A DNA stretch of 60,912 bases, filler included, from Candidatus Ancaeobacter aquaticus (GTDB lineage: Bacteria; Auribacterota; Ancaeobacteria; Ancaeobacterales; Ancaeobacteraceae), in assembly GCA_030765405.1 (NCBI GenBank). It is 4 parts of 4 records of this genome, joined end to end, with 100 filler letters (N's around TTAATTAATTAA, not from the genome) between each part and the next. Parts side by side here need not be neighbours in the genome. Positions count along the whole stretch, not along the records: positions 1 to 22,263 come from JAVCCP010000046.1; 3 more parts are not named here. One strand, 5' to 3'. Numbering within the stretch: the stretch's first letter is position 1; the number at the start of each line of letters is the position of its first letter. A model generated the notes under the pieces. That model did no database searches, had not been told where the DNA came from, and saw only the letters and a program-made list of their open reading frames with translations. This document shows, in pieces, positions 9,839 to 20,575 of the stretch. The position numbers were made by a program, and so were the translations under genes.

Positions 9839-10642
9839 TTATATTGCAACAAGTGCTATCTTCGCACTATCTGCTGCTTGCATTATCTTTTCCTTATCAA
9901 TAAGTATTGTTTTTTGCGCTTCTATTGCACAACAATCAATCTTTGCTTTTTTGAGGACTTCTATCGTTTCAACGCCGATAACCGGAACATCAAAACGCAT
10001 GTCTTGAGAAGGTTTTGCGACTTTTATCGCAACAGAATGTTTCTTTCCATAATGTCCACCGCGAACCAATGTTTCGTCCGTTCCCTCAAACGCTTCTACA
10101 GCCAAAACAGCCTTATCTTTAACAACAACGGTTTGCCCGATATCAAGCCCTGATATCCCCTTGGCAATTGTGTATCCAAAATCAATATCTTCTTGCTGGG
10201 ATTTTGTCGGGATTGTTTTTGTCAAAACACCTTTATCTGGCATACCTGTCCCCAGCCAAGGAGGAAGCTCCAAAAGGGTGATACCATCTTTTTCTAGTTC
10301 ATCTGCTATTGCGCCCAATATACTGTCAGCACGTCTATCTTTAAGCTTTGCAACCATTCCTATCATACGTAAATCAAATTTGATATTACTAAATATAAGT
10401 GTATGCTTAAGCTTTCCTGCCATTACCGCGCGACTCGCGGAAGCATCTTTAAAAAACCGAATCATTGTATTAAGTTGCCCGACACCGATCCATTTAAACT
10501 GGTCAACTTTTTCTTCAATTTCTGGATCGGTATGACCGTGGAACCCGACTGCACAGATTTTAGATACACCACGGGCACGTGCCCCATCAATCACCATGAA
10601 GGGCAATTGGCCCCATCCTGCTATTAACCCTAGTGTTTCCAT
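9839..10642 (-). CDS. lpxI: UDP-2,3-diacylglucosamine diphosphatase LpxI family
   Basis: LIAGWGQLP, DIGQTVVV, AVEAFEGTD, QDMRFDVPVIG motifs. Confidence 0.93.
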   Translation of the reverse strand: METLGLIAGWGQLPFMVIDGARARGVSKICAVGFHGHTDPEIEEKVDQFKWIGVGQLNTMIRFFKDASASRAVMAGKLKHTLIFSNIKFDLRMIGMVAKLKDRRADSILGAIADELEKDGITLLELPPWLGTGMPDKGVLTKTIPTKSQQEDIDFGYTIAKGISGLDIGQTVVVKDKAVLAVEAFEGTDETLVRGGHYGKKHSVAIKVAKPSQDMRFDVPVIGVETIEVLKKAKIDCCAIEAQKTILIDKEKIMQAADSAKIALVAI

Positions 10643-10725
10643 ACCTTATACGTACTCTTTCTTGTATACTTAAACAGTTTTGTTTGGTTAGATTCTCTTG
10701 CCACAGTGAATGGATACATCAAAGG

Positions 10726-11496
10726 TTAAGGCCTGCAAATGCCTCGTTCAGATTTATTAACAAACTGAATAAATTCTTTTACTTCGGGTAACTGTGGAAG
10801 ATCTGATAGCTTCTCTAATGCCTGTTTCGTATTGAGATCTGAACGGAAAAAAACTTTGCATACATTCTTTAATGTTCGTTGTGTTTCTAATGTATGTCCT
10901 TTTCGTTTCATGCCAACAGAGTTGATACCACGCACTACCGCAGGATGTCCATCAGCCATCATATAGGGAGGAATATCTTGTACAACTTTTGAACATCCGC
11001 CAACAATTGATAGTTTTCCTATACGACAAAATTGATGTATAGCAACAAGCCCACCAATAATAGCTTGATCTTCAATGGTTACACATCCGGCAAGTGTACC
11101 AACATTGGCTATAATAACATTATTGCCCACAATACAGTTATGAGCAATATGCGCATATGCCATAATATGACAATTATCACCAACAACTGTTTCCGTTCCT
11201 TCACCCGTTGCGCTATTTACGGTAACGTTTTCACGTATCGTTGTTCCTGATCCAATCTTTACAAATGTTTTTTCACCTTTAAACTTCAAGTCCTGTGTAA
11301 TTAAGCCGATTGCCGCACCAGGAAATATTGTGCAGTTCTGGCCAATCGTTGTGTATCCATCGACAACAACATGTGATATAAGAGTTGTTCCGTCTCCTAT
11401 CTCAACATTTTCTCCCACAGTACAGAAAGGTCCAATGGTTACATTGTTTCCAATTTTCGCATTTTTATGCACAACAGATAATGTATTAATATTCAT
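10726..11496 (-). CDS. lpxA: UDP-N-acetylglucosamine acyltransferase (copy 1)
   Basis: Hexapeptide repeats, HIAHNC, HQFCRIG, QDIPPY, N.VGMKR.G. Confidence 0.95.
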   Translation of the reverse strand: MNINTLSVVHKNAKIGNNVTIGPFCTVGENVEIGDGTTLISHVVVDGYTTIGQNCTIFPGAAIGLITQDLKFKGEKTFVKIGSGTTIRENVTVNSATGEGTETVVGDNCHIMAYAHIAHNCIVGNNVIIANVGTLAGCVTIEDQAIIGGLVAIHQFCRIGKLSIVGGCSKVVQDIPPYMMADGHPAVVRGINSVGMKRKGHTLETQRTLKNVCKVFFRSDLNTKQALEKLSDLPQLPEVKEFIQFVNKSERGICRP

Positions 11497-11523
11497 TTTA
11501 ATATCCTACCTCTATTACAGCAC

Positions 11524-12843
11524 CTACTCATCGACAAATGCAAATGTAAGATCAGCTTCAGATGCTAATTCTCCGTCAACAAAAGTCTGTGCATGTACTT
11601 TACCGATTTTACTTTTCATCTTTAACACACTCACTTCAATGCGCAACTGATCTCCAGGAATAACTGTCCTTCTGAATTTTGCGTTATCAATTGCCATAAA
11701 GTACGCATTTTTTTTCTCGTCTTCGCGTAATTTCAACATCAAAACACCGGCTGTTTGCGCCATTGCTTCTAACTGCAGTACACCAGGCATTACCGGGTTT
11801 CCCGGAAAATGACCATTAAAGAACTCTTCATTTACCGTTAAATTTTTATATCCTATAATTTTCTTTTCGTTATCGGTTTCAATGATTCTATCTACCATAA
11901 GAAACGGATATCGATGAGGCAATATCTTCTTTATCTTATTGATATCAAGCGGCACCTCAATCTCTTTTTTTCCAGACACCGACGGGGCTAAAACCGAAGT
12001 CTTTTTCCCATATTTCTTTACAAGCCTTTCAACAAACTTCACATTAAGGGCATGCCCGCTTTTTATCGCAATTATATGCGCTTGTATTGGTTTTCCAAGC
12101 AAGTATAGGTCCCCGATAATATCTAATATCTTGTGCCTTGCAAATTCATCATCAAACCTAAGATTCTCTTTACTAAAAACACCGTCATCTCCGATAACAA
12201 TCGCGTTATCAAGGCTTCCACCCTTTATGAGCCCTTTATCCATTAATTCTTCTACTTCGTGATAAAAACAAAATGTTCTGGCAGGCGCAATTTCTGTATC
12301 AAATATCTCTGAAGTAATAGGCATTGCTACATACTGTGATTTGAGAAATTTATGGTTAAACGATATGGTGCACGATACTTTGAACTCATCAGCAGGAAGA
12401 GCAACTATTGAGTTATCACCATCAACAAAACTTATTGGCTCAGTAACGACAAGGCAATCTTTAGGGGCATCCTGATCAACTATTCCCGCTTCTTTGATCA
12501 TAGTGACAAAAGGTATCGAACTACCATCTCCAACAGGTAACTCCGGAGCATTCATCTCAACGAATACATTATCAATACCAAAACCGGAAAGAGCGGCAAG
12601 CAAATGCTCTATTGTGTGCACCTTTGCTTCTCCGACACCAAGTGTTGTCCCTCGCCTTACATCAACGACGTTCTCAACGCACGCTTTTATTTGAGGACTC
12701 CCGTCGAGATCTTTCCGTATAAATACAACTCCCGTATTTACCGGTGCAGGTTTACACGTTATATTGGTGTATGCACCCGTGTGGAGACAAATTCCCGAAT
12801 AACTTGCTTCCCTTATAATTGTTTTCTGTTTCTGTGTCGTCAT
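11524..12843 (-). CDS. lpxC-fabZ: Bifunctional LpxC deacetylase / FabZ dehydratase fusion
   Basis: TIEHLLAAL and HKILD.IGDL (LpxC) followed by LPHRYPFL and F.GHFP..PVMPGVL (FabZ). Confidence 0.96.
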   Translation of the reverse strand: MTTQKQKTIIREASYSGICLHTGAYTNITCKPAPVNTGVVFIRKDLDGSPQIKACVENVVDVRRGTTLGVGEAKVHTIEHLLAALSGFGIDNVFVEMNAPELPVGDGSSIPFVTMIKEAGIVDQDAPKDCLVVTEPISFVDGDNSIVALPADEFKVSCTISFNHKFLKSQYVAMPITSEIFDTEIAPARTFCFYHEVEELMDKGLIKGGSLDNAIVIGDDGVFSKENLRFDDEFARHKILDIIGDLYLLGKPIQAHIIAIKSGHALNVKFVERLVKKYGKKTSVLAPSVSGKKEIEVPLDINKIKKILPHRYPFLMVDRIIETDNEKKIIGYKNLTVNEEFFNGHFPGNPVMPGVLQLEAMAQTAGVLMLKLREDEKKNAYFMAIDNAKFRRTVIPGDQLRIEVSVLKMKSKIGKVHAQTFVDGELASEADLTFAFVDE

Positions 12844-13880
12844 GTCTCTTTACTTCCTTTTTCTTGAAGCTCTTTTACTTTCTTATCGAGTTGATTAACT
12901 TTATCGTATAACTTACCGAGCCTGTTAGTCATCGCAACATTCTTTTTAAACTTCATGTGATCCACTGCTGGAGCGCCAACAACAATTGCACCAGCGGCAA
13001 TGTCTTTTGTTACGCCTGCTTGTGCTGCAATTATCGCCCTGTCACCTATTGAAAGATGCCCAACTGCGCCGGCTTGGGCCGCCATAGTCACATAATTACC
13101 CAATGTTGTACTTCCTGCAATACCTGAATGCGCAACTAATATACAATGTTCGCCAACCACCACGTTGTGTGCAATCTGTACAAGATTATCTATTTTTGTT
13201 CCTTTTTTGATAATGGTCTTATCAAAACGAGCTCGATCAATAGTTACATTTGCTCCGATTTCAACGTCATCCTCAATCATCACCGTGCCAATCTGAGGAA
13301 TCTTTATGTGCTTACCTTCTCTCATAACAAAACCAAAACCATCACTACCAATAACGGTACCGCTATGGATAACCACTCGCTCACCAAGAATTGTTCGTTC
13401 CCGAACAACAACATTTGGATAGATAAGGCATCCGGGACCTATTTCTGAATAGTGCCCTATATAAGTTCCGGCGCCAATAACGGTTTTGTCACTAATAGTG
13501 CATCCGTCTTCAATCACGACATGCGCTTGTACGCACACATCTTGACCGAGAGTTACATTCTTACCAATAACTGCTGTAGAATGCACTCCCGGTGTATAGA
13601 CTATTTTAGGTGGCCCCATGAGCTCTATCACTTTAGAAAATGTCAGAGATGGGTTATCGCACCTGATATGAGCAAGCTTAATATCCGGAATATCACGCCC
13701 CACAATAATCGCAGATGCCTCAGTTGTTTCCAAAAGCGGCATATATTTCTGATTTGCAAGAAATGTAATATCTCCGACATGTGCTTCTTTTATACCAGAT
13801 ACACCCGTTACAGATATATCCCCGTCACCGCTTAACTCAGCACCGATAAGCGCTGCTATTTCACTTAGTTTTTTTTGCAT
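12840..13880 (-). CDS. lpxD: UDP-3-O-acylglucosamine N-acyltransferase
   Basis: [26 protein letters not shown] motifs. Confidence 0.96.
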   Translation of the reverse strand: MQKKLSEIAALIGAELSGDGDISVTGVSGIKEAHVGDITFLANQKYMPLLETTEASAIIVGRDIPDIKLAHIRCDNPSLTFSKVIELMGPPKIVYTPGVHSTAVIGKNVTLGQDVCVQAHVVIEDGCTISDKTVIGAGTYIGHYSEIGPGCLIYPNVVVRERTILGERVVIHSGTVIGSDGFGFVMREGKHIKIPQIGTVMIEDDVEIGANVTIDRARFDKTIIKKGTKIDNLVQIAHNVVVGEHCILVAHSGIAGSTTLGNYVTMAAQAGAVGHLSIGDRAIIAAQAGVTKDIAAGAIVVGAPAVDHMKFKKNVAMTNRLGKLYDKVNQLDKKVKELQEKGSKET

Positions 13881-13928
13881 GTGCTCATATCCTTCATAAA
13901 GAAATTAAACACTAACGAGATACAATAT

Positions 13929-14441
13929 TTATTTACTACCCTTATTAAGTATCTCTAAAATACTCTCAGTAACGTCAGCACCGTCTTTTTTGTATACAAG
14001 AACATCACTGATAAAAATATAATCATATCCTTCTTTTTTACCTTTTTCCTCAATTACTTTCGTGATTTCGCCAATAATATCTTTTCTTAGTGTCAGTAAC
14101 TTGTCGCGGATTTCGCCAACAGTATCTTTTTCAAAATCTCTTAATTCTTTGATCTTTTCTTTGATAATCGCTTCTTTATTTCTTCTTGCCTGATCGCTTA
14201 GAAGTTCACTTTCCTCTTTAAGCTTATTGATTGATGCAACCATCTTTTCTGCTTCAGCTCTTTTTTTCTTTTGCTCTTCCTGTAATTTAGCGTTAGCAGT
14301 CTGCGTTTTTCCGTATTCATTGAAACATTTTTCCATGTTTACATAACCAATTTTGCTTTCAGCAAAACTTGAGCTCACGCACAAACCAAAAAGAAAAACA
14401 CCCACACATGCGGCAATTATCATATTCCTTACTTTAAACAT
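13929..14441 (-). CDS. skp: OmpH/Skp periplasmic chaperone
   Basis: Signal peptide, KIGYVNM, coiled coil, D.T..IL..LN; between bamA and lpxD. Confidence 0.9.
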   Translation of the reverse strand: MFKVRNMIIAACVGVFLFGLCVSSSFAESKIGYVNMEKCFNEYGKTQTANAKLQEEQKKKRAEAEKMVASINKLKEESELLSDQARRNKEAIIKEKIKELRDFEKDTVGEIRDKLLTLRKDIIGEITKVIEEKGKKEGYDYIFISDVLVYKKDGADVTESILEILNKGSK

Positions 14442-14479
14442 AAATACCTCCCTTTCTTATATAAACTGTTATGTTACTA

Positions 14480-16765
14480 TTAAAATCTTGTGCCCATATT
14501 AAACGTTATTTCTCCGTTACCTTGCTTTGTTTCTTTATCAGTGTATACGGGATATCCATAATCAAGCTGTACAGGACCAACAGGAAGATTAAGCCTTACA
14601 CCACACCCAATAGCACCATTCATCTCGCCTAAGTCAATATCACCCGTTGTACGAAACACATTACCTGTATCAAAGAAAAATGCACCGCGAATAATAGAAA
14701 TTATAGGGAAACTATACTCGGCAGATTTGAATATTTCTACATTTCCACCTATTGGCTCACCGAAAGAATCTTTTGGTCCCACTTTTCTATACTTAAAACC
14801 TCTGACAGAATTCGCACCACCCATAAAATACCTATCAAAGATTGGAACAAACTCCGAACTACCAAACTCCTGAACGATACCAAGCTCACCTACAAGACGC
14901 AATACATGCGTATCAAAAAAAGAGAAATATTGAGCAAACCTTCCGGTACATTTCGCAAAATTTGTGGTCCCACCAAGGCCGGCAATATCACCGATTAAGA
15001 GCACCCTGAATCCTTTTGTCGGAAAGAAGAAACTGTCGCGTGTATCATAATCAAGTTTTCCTGTTACCTTACTGACACTGCGTGTTCCATCTTCTCTTTT
15101 TAGTTCATCAGATGAATCTTCATCGACATCGATCTTAACCTCTTCTAAAGTATAAATAAGATCACCACGCAAAAACGGCATAAGCGATTTAGCAGCGCGT
15201 AGATCAAATCCGATCTTTTGTTCATCGTACCGGCTACTAAGATACGTCCTATTTGCAACATACGCATCAAAACCACCGGCAATTCTTCGATCGAACATAT
15301 AGGGCTCAGTAAAACTTATTATTCCTTCCTGTCTTTCATTACCCGCTTCTACGCGAAGTCTCATTTTTTGTCCCGAACCAACAAATGTAGGAAAATTCAT
15401 AAAATCAAAATTACTTTGTGACACTTCGGCAAAACCGACCAAACTGTCAATTGAGCTAAATCCTGCGCCAAAACTTAATTCACCTGTTTTCTTTTCCTCA
15501 ACAGTAAACACAAGATTTTTCTTGTGTTGAATCCCTGTGGGCTCGTAGTCAACGCTCACATTCTTAAAATAATTTAAGTTTTGCAGACGTTGTTGACTGC
15601 GCTTAATTCTCAAGCTATCAAATTTTTGTCCGGGTTTAGCCAATATTTCACGTCTTATAACTTTATCTTTTGTCACTAAGTTCCCGCGAATATCGATTTT
15701 TTCTATATACGATATATCATCCTCTTGGATGCTGTATGAAATATCCAGCTTCTTTGCTTCATAATCTATAACGGTATCGGACCGTACCTTTGCATCAATG
15801 TATCCTTTTGAGAAGTAAAAATTTTCAACTGTTTGTAAATCGTTGCGATAATCACTAGGAATAAATGTTTTTCCCGTATGCATTTTTAACCCGGTTGAAA
15901 TCGCTTGTGTGGGAAACTTCTTGTTTCCTTTAAACATAATCTTATCAATAATGTACTGCTGTCCTTCATCTATAGAAATAGTAATGTAAAGTTCTGCATT
16001 ATCTTCTTTATACATTCTTTTTACATCTTTGATCTTCATATCAATGTATCCCTTTGATACATAAAAAGCCTGTATCCGGTCAAGATCGTCCCGAAATATA
16101 TCCTCTTTCAAATAGCCCGGCCTGAAAAACCATCGTGGTTTTGTTTTCATAAGCTTCCGAATTTGCTTATCTTTAAAAGCTGTTACACCCTCAAAAGATA
16201 CCTTTTTTACATACATCTTTTTACCTTCAATAATAGTAATAAAGAGTATTGCTCGACCTGTATTTTCGTTAATGCTCACCTTGTATGATAACTTAACCGA
16301 ATAATATCCCTTATCTTCATACATCTTCCTTATTGCTTGCATATCTTTCTTGATATTTGCTTCATCAAGAATCTTATGCACTTTTGTTTTCATGTGCTCC
16401 ATTATTTTATCAGTCTTAAAGACCTTATTGCCTTGAATAACAACATCTTTTAAAAACGGTTTCTCCCGGACAATAAATGCAACCTTTACCCCATCAGCGA
16501 AATCTTCAATGTCGATACTGATATTCACAAAATAACCCAGTGTATACAGTCGCCTTAAATCATAATTTGCAACATTCTGAGAAAACGGTCCACCTACTTT
16601 TGTTTTAATTCTGCTCAATATAACGGCATCATCAACTGACCTGTTACCTAAAACAATAATTTCTTTTACGATAGACCCCGACTTTTCATCCGCTGCATAG
16701 AGCAAGCCCACGCTCATGCAGTGCGCCGTAACAGCCACTACCAAAAAGAGAATAATTTTTTTCAC
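14480..16765 (-). CDS. bamA: Outer membrane protein assembly factor BamA
   Basis: POTRA repeats, GN..TKD.VIRRE, VRGFK, C-terminal MGTRF. Start moved to GTG 16765 after AAAGGA, giving signal peptide MKKIILFLVVA. Confidence 0.95.
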   Translation of the reverse strand: MKKIILFLVVAVTAHCMSVGLLYAADEKSGSIVKEIIVLGNRSVDDAVILSRIKTKVGGPFSQNVANYDLRRLYTLGYFVNISIDIEDFADGVKVAFIVREKPFLKDVVIQGNKVFKTDKIMEHMKTKVHKILDEANIKKDMQAIRKMYEDKGYYSVKLSYKVSINENTGRAILFITIIEGKKMYVKKVSFEGVTAFKDKQIRKLMKTKPRWFFRPGYLKEDIFRDDLDRIQAFYVSKGYIDMKIKDVKRMYKEDNAELYITISIDEGQQYIIDKIMFKGNKKFPTQAISTGLKMHTGKTFIPSDYRNDLQTVENFYFSKGYIDAKVRSDTVIDYEAKKLDISYSIQEDDISYIEKIDIRGNLVTKDKVIRREILAKPGQKFDSLRIKRSQQRLQNLNYFKNVSVDYEPTGIQHKKNLVFTVEEKKTGELSFGAGFSSIDSLVGFAEVSQSNFDFMNFPTFVGSGQKMRLRVEAGNERQEGIISFTEPYMFDRRIAGGFDAYVANRTYLSSRYDEQKIGFDLRAAKSLMPFLRGDLIYTLEEVKIDVDEDSSDELKREDGTRSVSKVTGKLDYDTRDSFFFPTKGFRVLLIGDIAGLGGTTNFAKCTGRFAQYFSFFDTHVLRLVGELGIVQEFGSSEFVPIFDRYFMGGANSVRGFKYRKVGPKDSFGEPIGGNVEIFKSAEYSFPIISIIRGAFFFDTGNVFRTTGDIDLGEMNGAIGCGVRLNLPVGPVQLDYGYPVYTDKETKQGNGEITFNMGTRF

Positions 16766-16877
16766 GTAAGAGTCCTTTCTCAACATATAAGGATTTTTAT
16801 GCATAGTTATTAAAGTCAACCCTGCTATCGATCAACGTATCAGTTTATCAAAATTGCCTATAAATGCAACAGTGTAA

Positions 16878-18266
16878 TCATTGATCTTCAAATGATTCAA
16901 CTTCTTCCCTATCAATGTAATCGTCAAACCGTGTATATTCTTCACGAAACGCCAGTCGAATCTCGCCCGTAGGACCATTACGCTGTTTTGCAATAATGAG
17001 ATCAGCTGTACCGGGAGAATCTTCCCTGTCGTAATATTCACGCCTTGTAAGAAGCAACACTACGTCTGCATCCTGTTCAATAGCCCCTGATTCTCGCAAA
17101 TCAGATAGCTGCGGCCTGTGATCTGGTCTTGACTCTACCGCTCTATTTAACTGGCTTAACACAACAACGGGAACTTGCAGTTCACGTGCAAGCGCTTTTA
17201 ACGCTTGTGAAATGTCTGACATTTCCTGTTGCCTGTTCTCCGATCTTCGACTCGACCCTGCTACTAACTGAATATAGTCAACAATGATAACTTCTATTTT
17301 TGCTTTCATCTTAAGACGTCGCGCCTTTGCTCTTAGTTCCATAACTGAGATACTTGGTGTATCGTCAATATAAACCGGCGCTGTTGAAAGCTTTCCTGCG
17401 GCATTAACTAAATCTGGAAAATCACTCTCGCCGAGAAACCCGCTTCTTACTTTATGGGCATTCACCCGTGCAAGAGAACAGAGCATTCTCATCACGAGCT
17501 GCTCTTTAGACATTTCCAAACTAAATAATGCAACGGGCTTTTTTTCGCGTATACCAACATGCTCGGCAATACTGAGCGCAAGTGACGTCTTACCCATTGA
17601 AGGTCGGGCGGCAAGAATAATAAGATCTGACTTTTGTAGTCCTGACATTTTCTCATCAATATCGGCAAAACCAGACGGCACACCTATGATTCTGGTTTTT
17701 TTATTGTACAGATTCTGTACCGTCATAACGCTTTCTTTTATAAGGTCTTTTATGGGCACAAAATCGTTTTGAATTCGTTTCTCAGAAATATCAAAGATTT
17801 TCTTTTCAACACCATCAATAAGATTATTGACTTCAATATCTGTCCTATAACAATCAGATATTATTTCGCTGGAAGACATTATAAGATTGCGCAATATTGC
17901 TTTTTCATTGACCATCTGGACATACGTCTCAACATTCGCAGCGCTTGAAACAACATCTAAAAGAGACGTGATATATGAAGCTCCTCCCGCTTTCTCAAGC
18001 TCACCTTGCGCTTTAAGCTTTTCTGTTAAGGTAATAAGATCAACGGGTTTATTTTCTTCATATAGCGCCAAAATCGCGGCATATATTTTCTGATGAAATG
18101 ATTTATGGAAACTTACTGAGGTTAACTTATAGATAATGTCCGAGACCGTATTCTCGTCAAACAGCATAGCACCGAGAACGGCCATTTCCGCCTCAATATT
18201 TTGCGGCGGGAGCTTATCAGGCATTATTTTCTGTATATTGGTAACATCCTGCACGGTTGAGGACAT
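16878..18266 (-). CDS. dnaB: Replicative DNA helicase
   Basis: PPQNIEAE, AARPSMGKT, FSLEMS, VDYIQL, LSDLRESGAIEQDAD motifs; no intein. Confidence 0.98.
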   Translation of the reverse strand: MSSTVQDVTNIQKIMPDKLPPQNIEAEMAVLGAMLFDENTVSDIIYKLTSVSFHKSFHQKIYAAILALYEENKPVDLITLTEKLKAQGELEKAGGASYITSLLDVVSSAANVETYVQMVNEKAILRNLIMSSSEIISDCYRTDIEVNNLIDGVEKKIFDISEKRIQNDFVPIKDLIKESVMTVQNLYNKKTRIIGVPSGFADIDEKMSGLQKSDLIILAARPSMGKTSLALSIAEHVGIREKKPVALFSLEMSKEQLVMRMLCSLARVNAHKVRSGFLGESDFPDLVNAAGKLSTAPVYIDDTPSISVMELRAKARRLKMKAKIEVIIVDYIQLVAGSSRRSENRQQEMSDISQALKALARELQVPVVVLSQLNRAVESRPDHRPQLSDLRESGAIEQDADVVLLLTRREYYDREDSPGTADLIIAKQRNGPTGEIRLAFREEYTRFDDYIDREEVESFEDQ

Positions 18267-18446
18267 GATGCTCGACTCACTTCACTCTATTTACCCCATT
18301 AGAAACAAAACTAATTTCTACTGGAGGTATACATTTCAATATCACTAAAGGCACCCGTCTCTCACGGGTTTACTTAAAAGGACAGCAATGATATAGGACA
18401 GCTTATATAGATGCAATAAATACATTTCACACCATCTTGAAGAGCA

Positions 18447-18896
18447 CTATCCTTTATCTTTGATAACCCACACCTTCAAGTTAGCATCTATTTCACTGTG
18501 CACTTTTACCTTTACGGTAAACAATCCCAACGCTTTAATTGGCTCAGCTATCTCAATCTGCTTCTTATCTATTTGAACACCCTCATTTACTAATGCTGCA
18601 GCAATATCCTGAGAAGATACCGAACCATACAATGCATCATCTTCACCTGATTTTGCAGTAATGGTGCACGATAATTTTGATATTTGATCAGCTAAAACTT
18701 TTAGCGCTTCAACTTTTTTCTGTTCTTCCTCTTCACGTTTGCGTTTAATTACTTCTAATCGCTTTATATTATCCGGCGTTGCAATAACCGCGAATTTTTG
18801 TGGAAGAAGAAAATTGCGAGCGTATCCGTCTTTTACTTTTACAATATCCCCACTTTTTCCAACTCTCTCTACATCTCTCGCTAACAGAACTTCCAT
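18447..18896 (-). CDS. rplI: 50S ribosomal protein L9
   Basis: VKVKDGYARNFLLP, LYGSVS motifs. Confidence 0.97.
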   Translation of the reverse strand: MEVLLARDVERVGKSGDIVKVKDGYARNFLLPQKFAVIATPDNIKRLEVIKRKREEEEQKKVEALKVLADQISKLSCTITAKSGEDDALYGSVSSQDIAAALVNEGVQIDKKQIEIAEPIKALGLFTVKVKVHSEIDANLKVWVIKDKG

Positions 18897-18951
18897 TTTC
18901 TACCTCCCTACTTTTACTTTTGTGCGTCTCTCAATCAATGATTACTTACCG

Positions 18952-19203
18952 TTACTTTACAACATACGGCAAAAGAGCCATATTTCGCGCTATTTTTATC
19001 GCATTCGTCATTAGCCTCTGATGGTATGCACAATTACCGGTAATTCTGCGCGGCATTACTTTCCCCCGTTCAGTCATGTGCCTTTTCAACAAACTAACTT
19101 GTTTGTAATCAACATCATCTATCTTATCGACACAAAACTTGCATTTCTTCTGCCTGAATACTTTAAATTTACTACTTTTCTTTCTTGGTTTCGTTTTCAA
19201 CAT
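18952..19203 (-). CDS. rpsR: 30S ribosomal protein S18
   Basis: C.FC...[18 protein letters not shown] motifs; start probably ATG 19203. Confidence 0.96.
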   Translation of the reverse strand: MLKTKPRKKSSKFKVFRQKKCKFCVDKIDDVDYKQVSLLKRHMTERGKVMPRRITGNCAYHQRLMTNAIKIARNMALLPYVVK

Positions 19204-19241
19204 AGCTTCCCCCAATCACCTATCTATTTCATATCTTACAG

Positions 19242-19691
19242 TTAAAATGGTATATCATCATCCTCGCGTGATGGACCTTCTGCAACCGCTGATTCATCAA
19301 GAGGGACGGATTCATCATGCTGCTCATCGTATCCTGTGCTCATTTTTTCTGAGCCCCCCTTAGTTCCGCGACTCAAGAATTGTACACTTAGCGCTACTAC
19401 TTCAATAGTATTTCTTTTTTGCCCATTTTGTTCCCATGAGCGATTCATGAGTCTACCCTCTACCAAAACAGGTGAACCTTTTGTCAGATATTCTTTACAC
19501 GATTCAGCAACCTTACCCCACACAACAACACGAATAAAAAGAGTTTCTTCTTTTCGTTCGCCATTCTTTGTTGAATAATACCTATTCACCGCTAACCCCA
19601 GATTCGCCACTGCAGCGCCTGATGATATGTTACGCACTTCAGGATCACGTGTCAAATTACCCGCCAAAAAAACTTTATTTAAATTAACCAT
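19242..19691 (-). CDS. ssb: Single-stranded DNA-binding protein
   Basis: NKVFLAGNLTRDPE, VEGRL, C-terminal DDIPF. Confidence 0.97.
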   Translation of the reverse strand: MVNLNKVFLAGNLTRDPEVRNISSGAAVANLGLAVNRYYSTKNGERKEETLFIRVVVWGKVAESCKEYLTKGSPVLVEGRLMNRSWEQNGQKRNTIEVVALSVQFLSRGTKGGSEKMSTGYDEQHDESVPLDESAVAEGPSREDDDIPF

Positions 19692-19715
19692 GCTTCATTT
19701 TCCCTGTTAGTAAGT

Positions 19716-20357
19716 TTATGTTGCAGTATTAGTGCTCTGGTCTTCTTTAGCTACTTCTTCTTTAGGTGCATCCTCTTTTGGCACCTCTTCTTTGGGTGCT
19801 TCTTCTTTAGCTGCTGCTTCTTCTTTAGGTGCCTCTTCTTTGACTACTTCTTCTTTACTTACCGCTTCCTTGACTACTTCTTCTTTAGGTGCATCCTCTT
19901 TTAGTACCTCTTCTTTGGGTGCTTCTTCTTTAGGTGTTTCTGGAGCCTGTGCAACTGGCCTACTTGGAGCACCATACGATCTTTCTCCATATGATCTCTC
20001 ACCATATGATCTCTCGCCATATGATCTTTCAGCCGGCTCTTCAACAAATGTCTTTATCGGTGAAAAACCCTTTTTATCCCGGTCTACAAACATATATCTA
20101 AATACACTATCATTTAATTTCAGTTTTGGATGCAACTTGATAACGGCTGTACTATCTAAAAAGAAATTAATAAGCACGTAGTACCCGTCTATGCATTTTT
20201 TAATTTTATGAGTCAATCTTCTTTTACCTAAGTGTAACGTTTCCTCTACTGAACCCTTATTATTAGTAATATCTGTTTGAATCTCTTTAATAAGAGCTTC
20301 GATATCGTCCTTTTGTAAGTTTGGGTCTAAAATAAAAATACCTTCATATGCTTTCAA
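19716..20357 (-). CDS. rpsF: 30S ribosomal protein S6 with about 100-aa repetitive C-terminal extension
   Basis: YEGIFIL.P, GKRRL...IKK..DGYY; first gene of rpsF-ssb-rpsR; TTG start at 20357 after GGAGG. Confidence 0.93.
   Translation of the reverse strand: MKAYEGIFILDPNLQKDDIEALIKEIQTDITNNKGSVEETLHLGKRRLTHKIKKCIDGYYVLINFFLDSTAVIKLHPKLKLNDSVFRYMFVDRDKKGFSPIKTFVEEPAERSYGERSYGERSYGERSYGAPSRPVAQAPETPKEEAPKEEVLKEDAPKEEVVKEAVSKEEVVKEEAPKEEAAAKEEAPKEEVPKEDAPKEEVAKEDQSTNTAT
19971..20030. repeat. 4 x 15-bp tandem repeat encoding (ERSYG)4 in rpsF
   Basis: accatacgatctttc / tccatatgatctctc / accatatgatctctc / gccatatgatctttc. Confidence 0.95.
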
Positions 20358-20430
20358 AACACACACCTCCATTTATTAATTCTCATTTTCTTGCGTACAC
20401 TACACATTCCCGCATAAGCGAAAGGGTGCA

Positions 20431-20459
20431 GTTATATCACTTTTCACTATAATATACAA
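20431..20459 (-). promoter_or_regulatory. Putative sigma70 promoter of the rpsF operon
   Basis: TTGTAT-N17-TATAAC on the minus strand. Confidence 0.55.
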
Positions 20460-20575
20460 GTTTTTTTTAGGAAATTGGAAACGGTTCTATTTTTTATCAC
20501 TCTATTACTAATTTGTTCTCTTTTCAATAAAAAAGCAGAACCGTCCCCGATTTGATAAACAACGGGCTTTATTTG

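Noticed and set aside
11130..11160. His-Asn instead of His-Asp in both LpxA proteins as a sign of amine-acceptor specificity
   Set aside because: As I recall, HNC also occurs in Chlamydia LpxA, which acylates a hydroxyl, so it is not diagnostic.
19732..20181. 149-aa Ser/Leu-rich ORF opposite rpsF, and the many other short antisense ORFs in the track
   Set aside because: Shadow frames of well-supported genes; the repetitiveness mirrors the rpsF repeats.
20358..20430. S6:S18 ribosomal leader
   Set aside because: A small hairpin exists but the conserved CCG internal-loop motif is missing.
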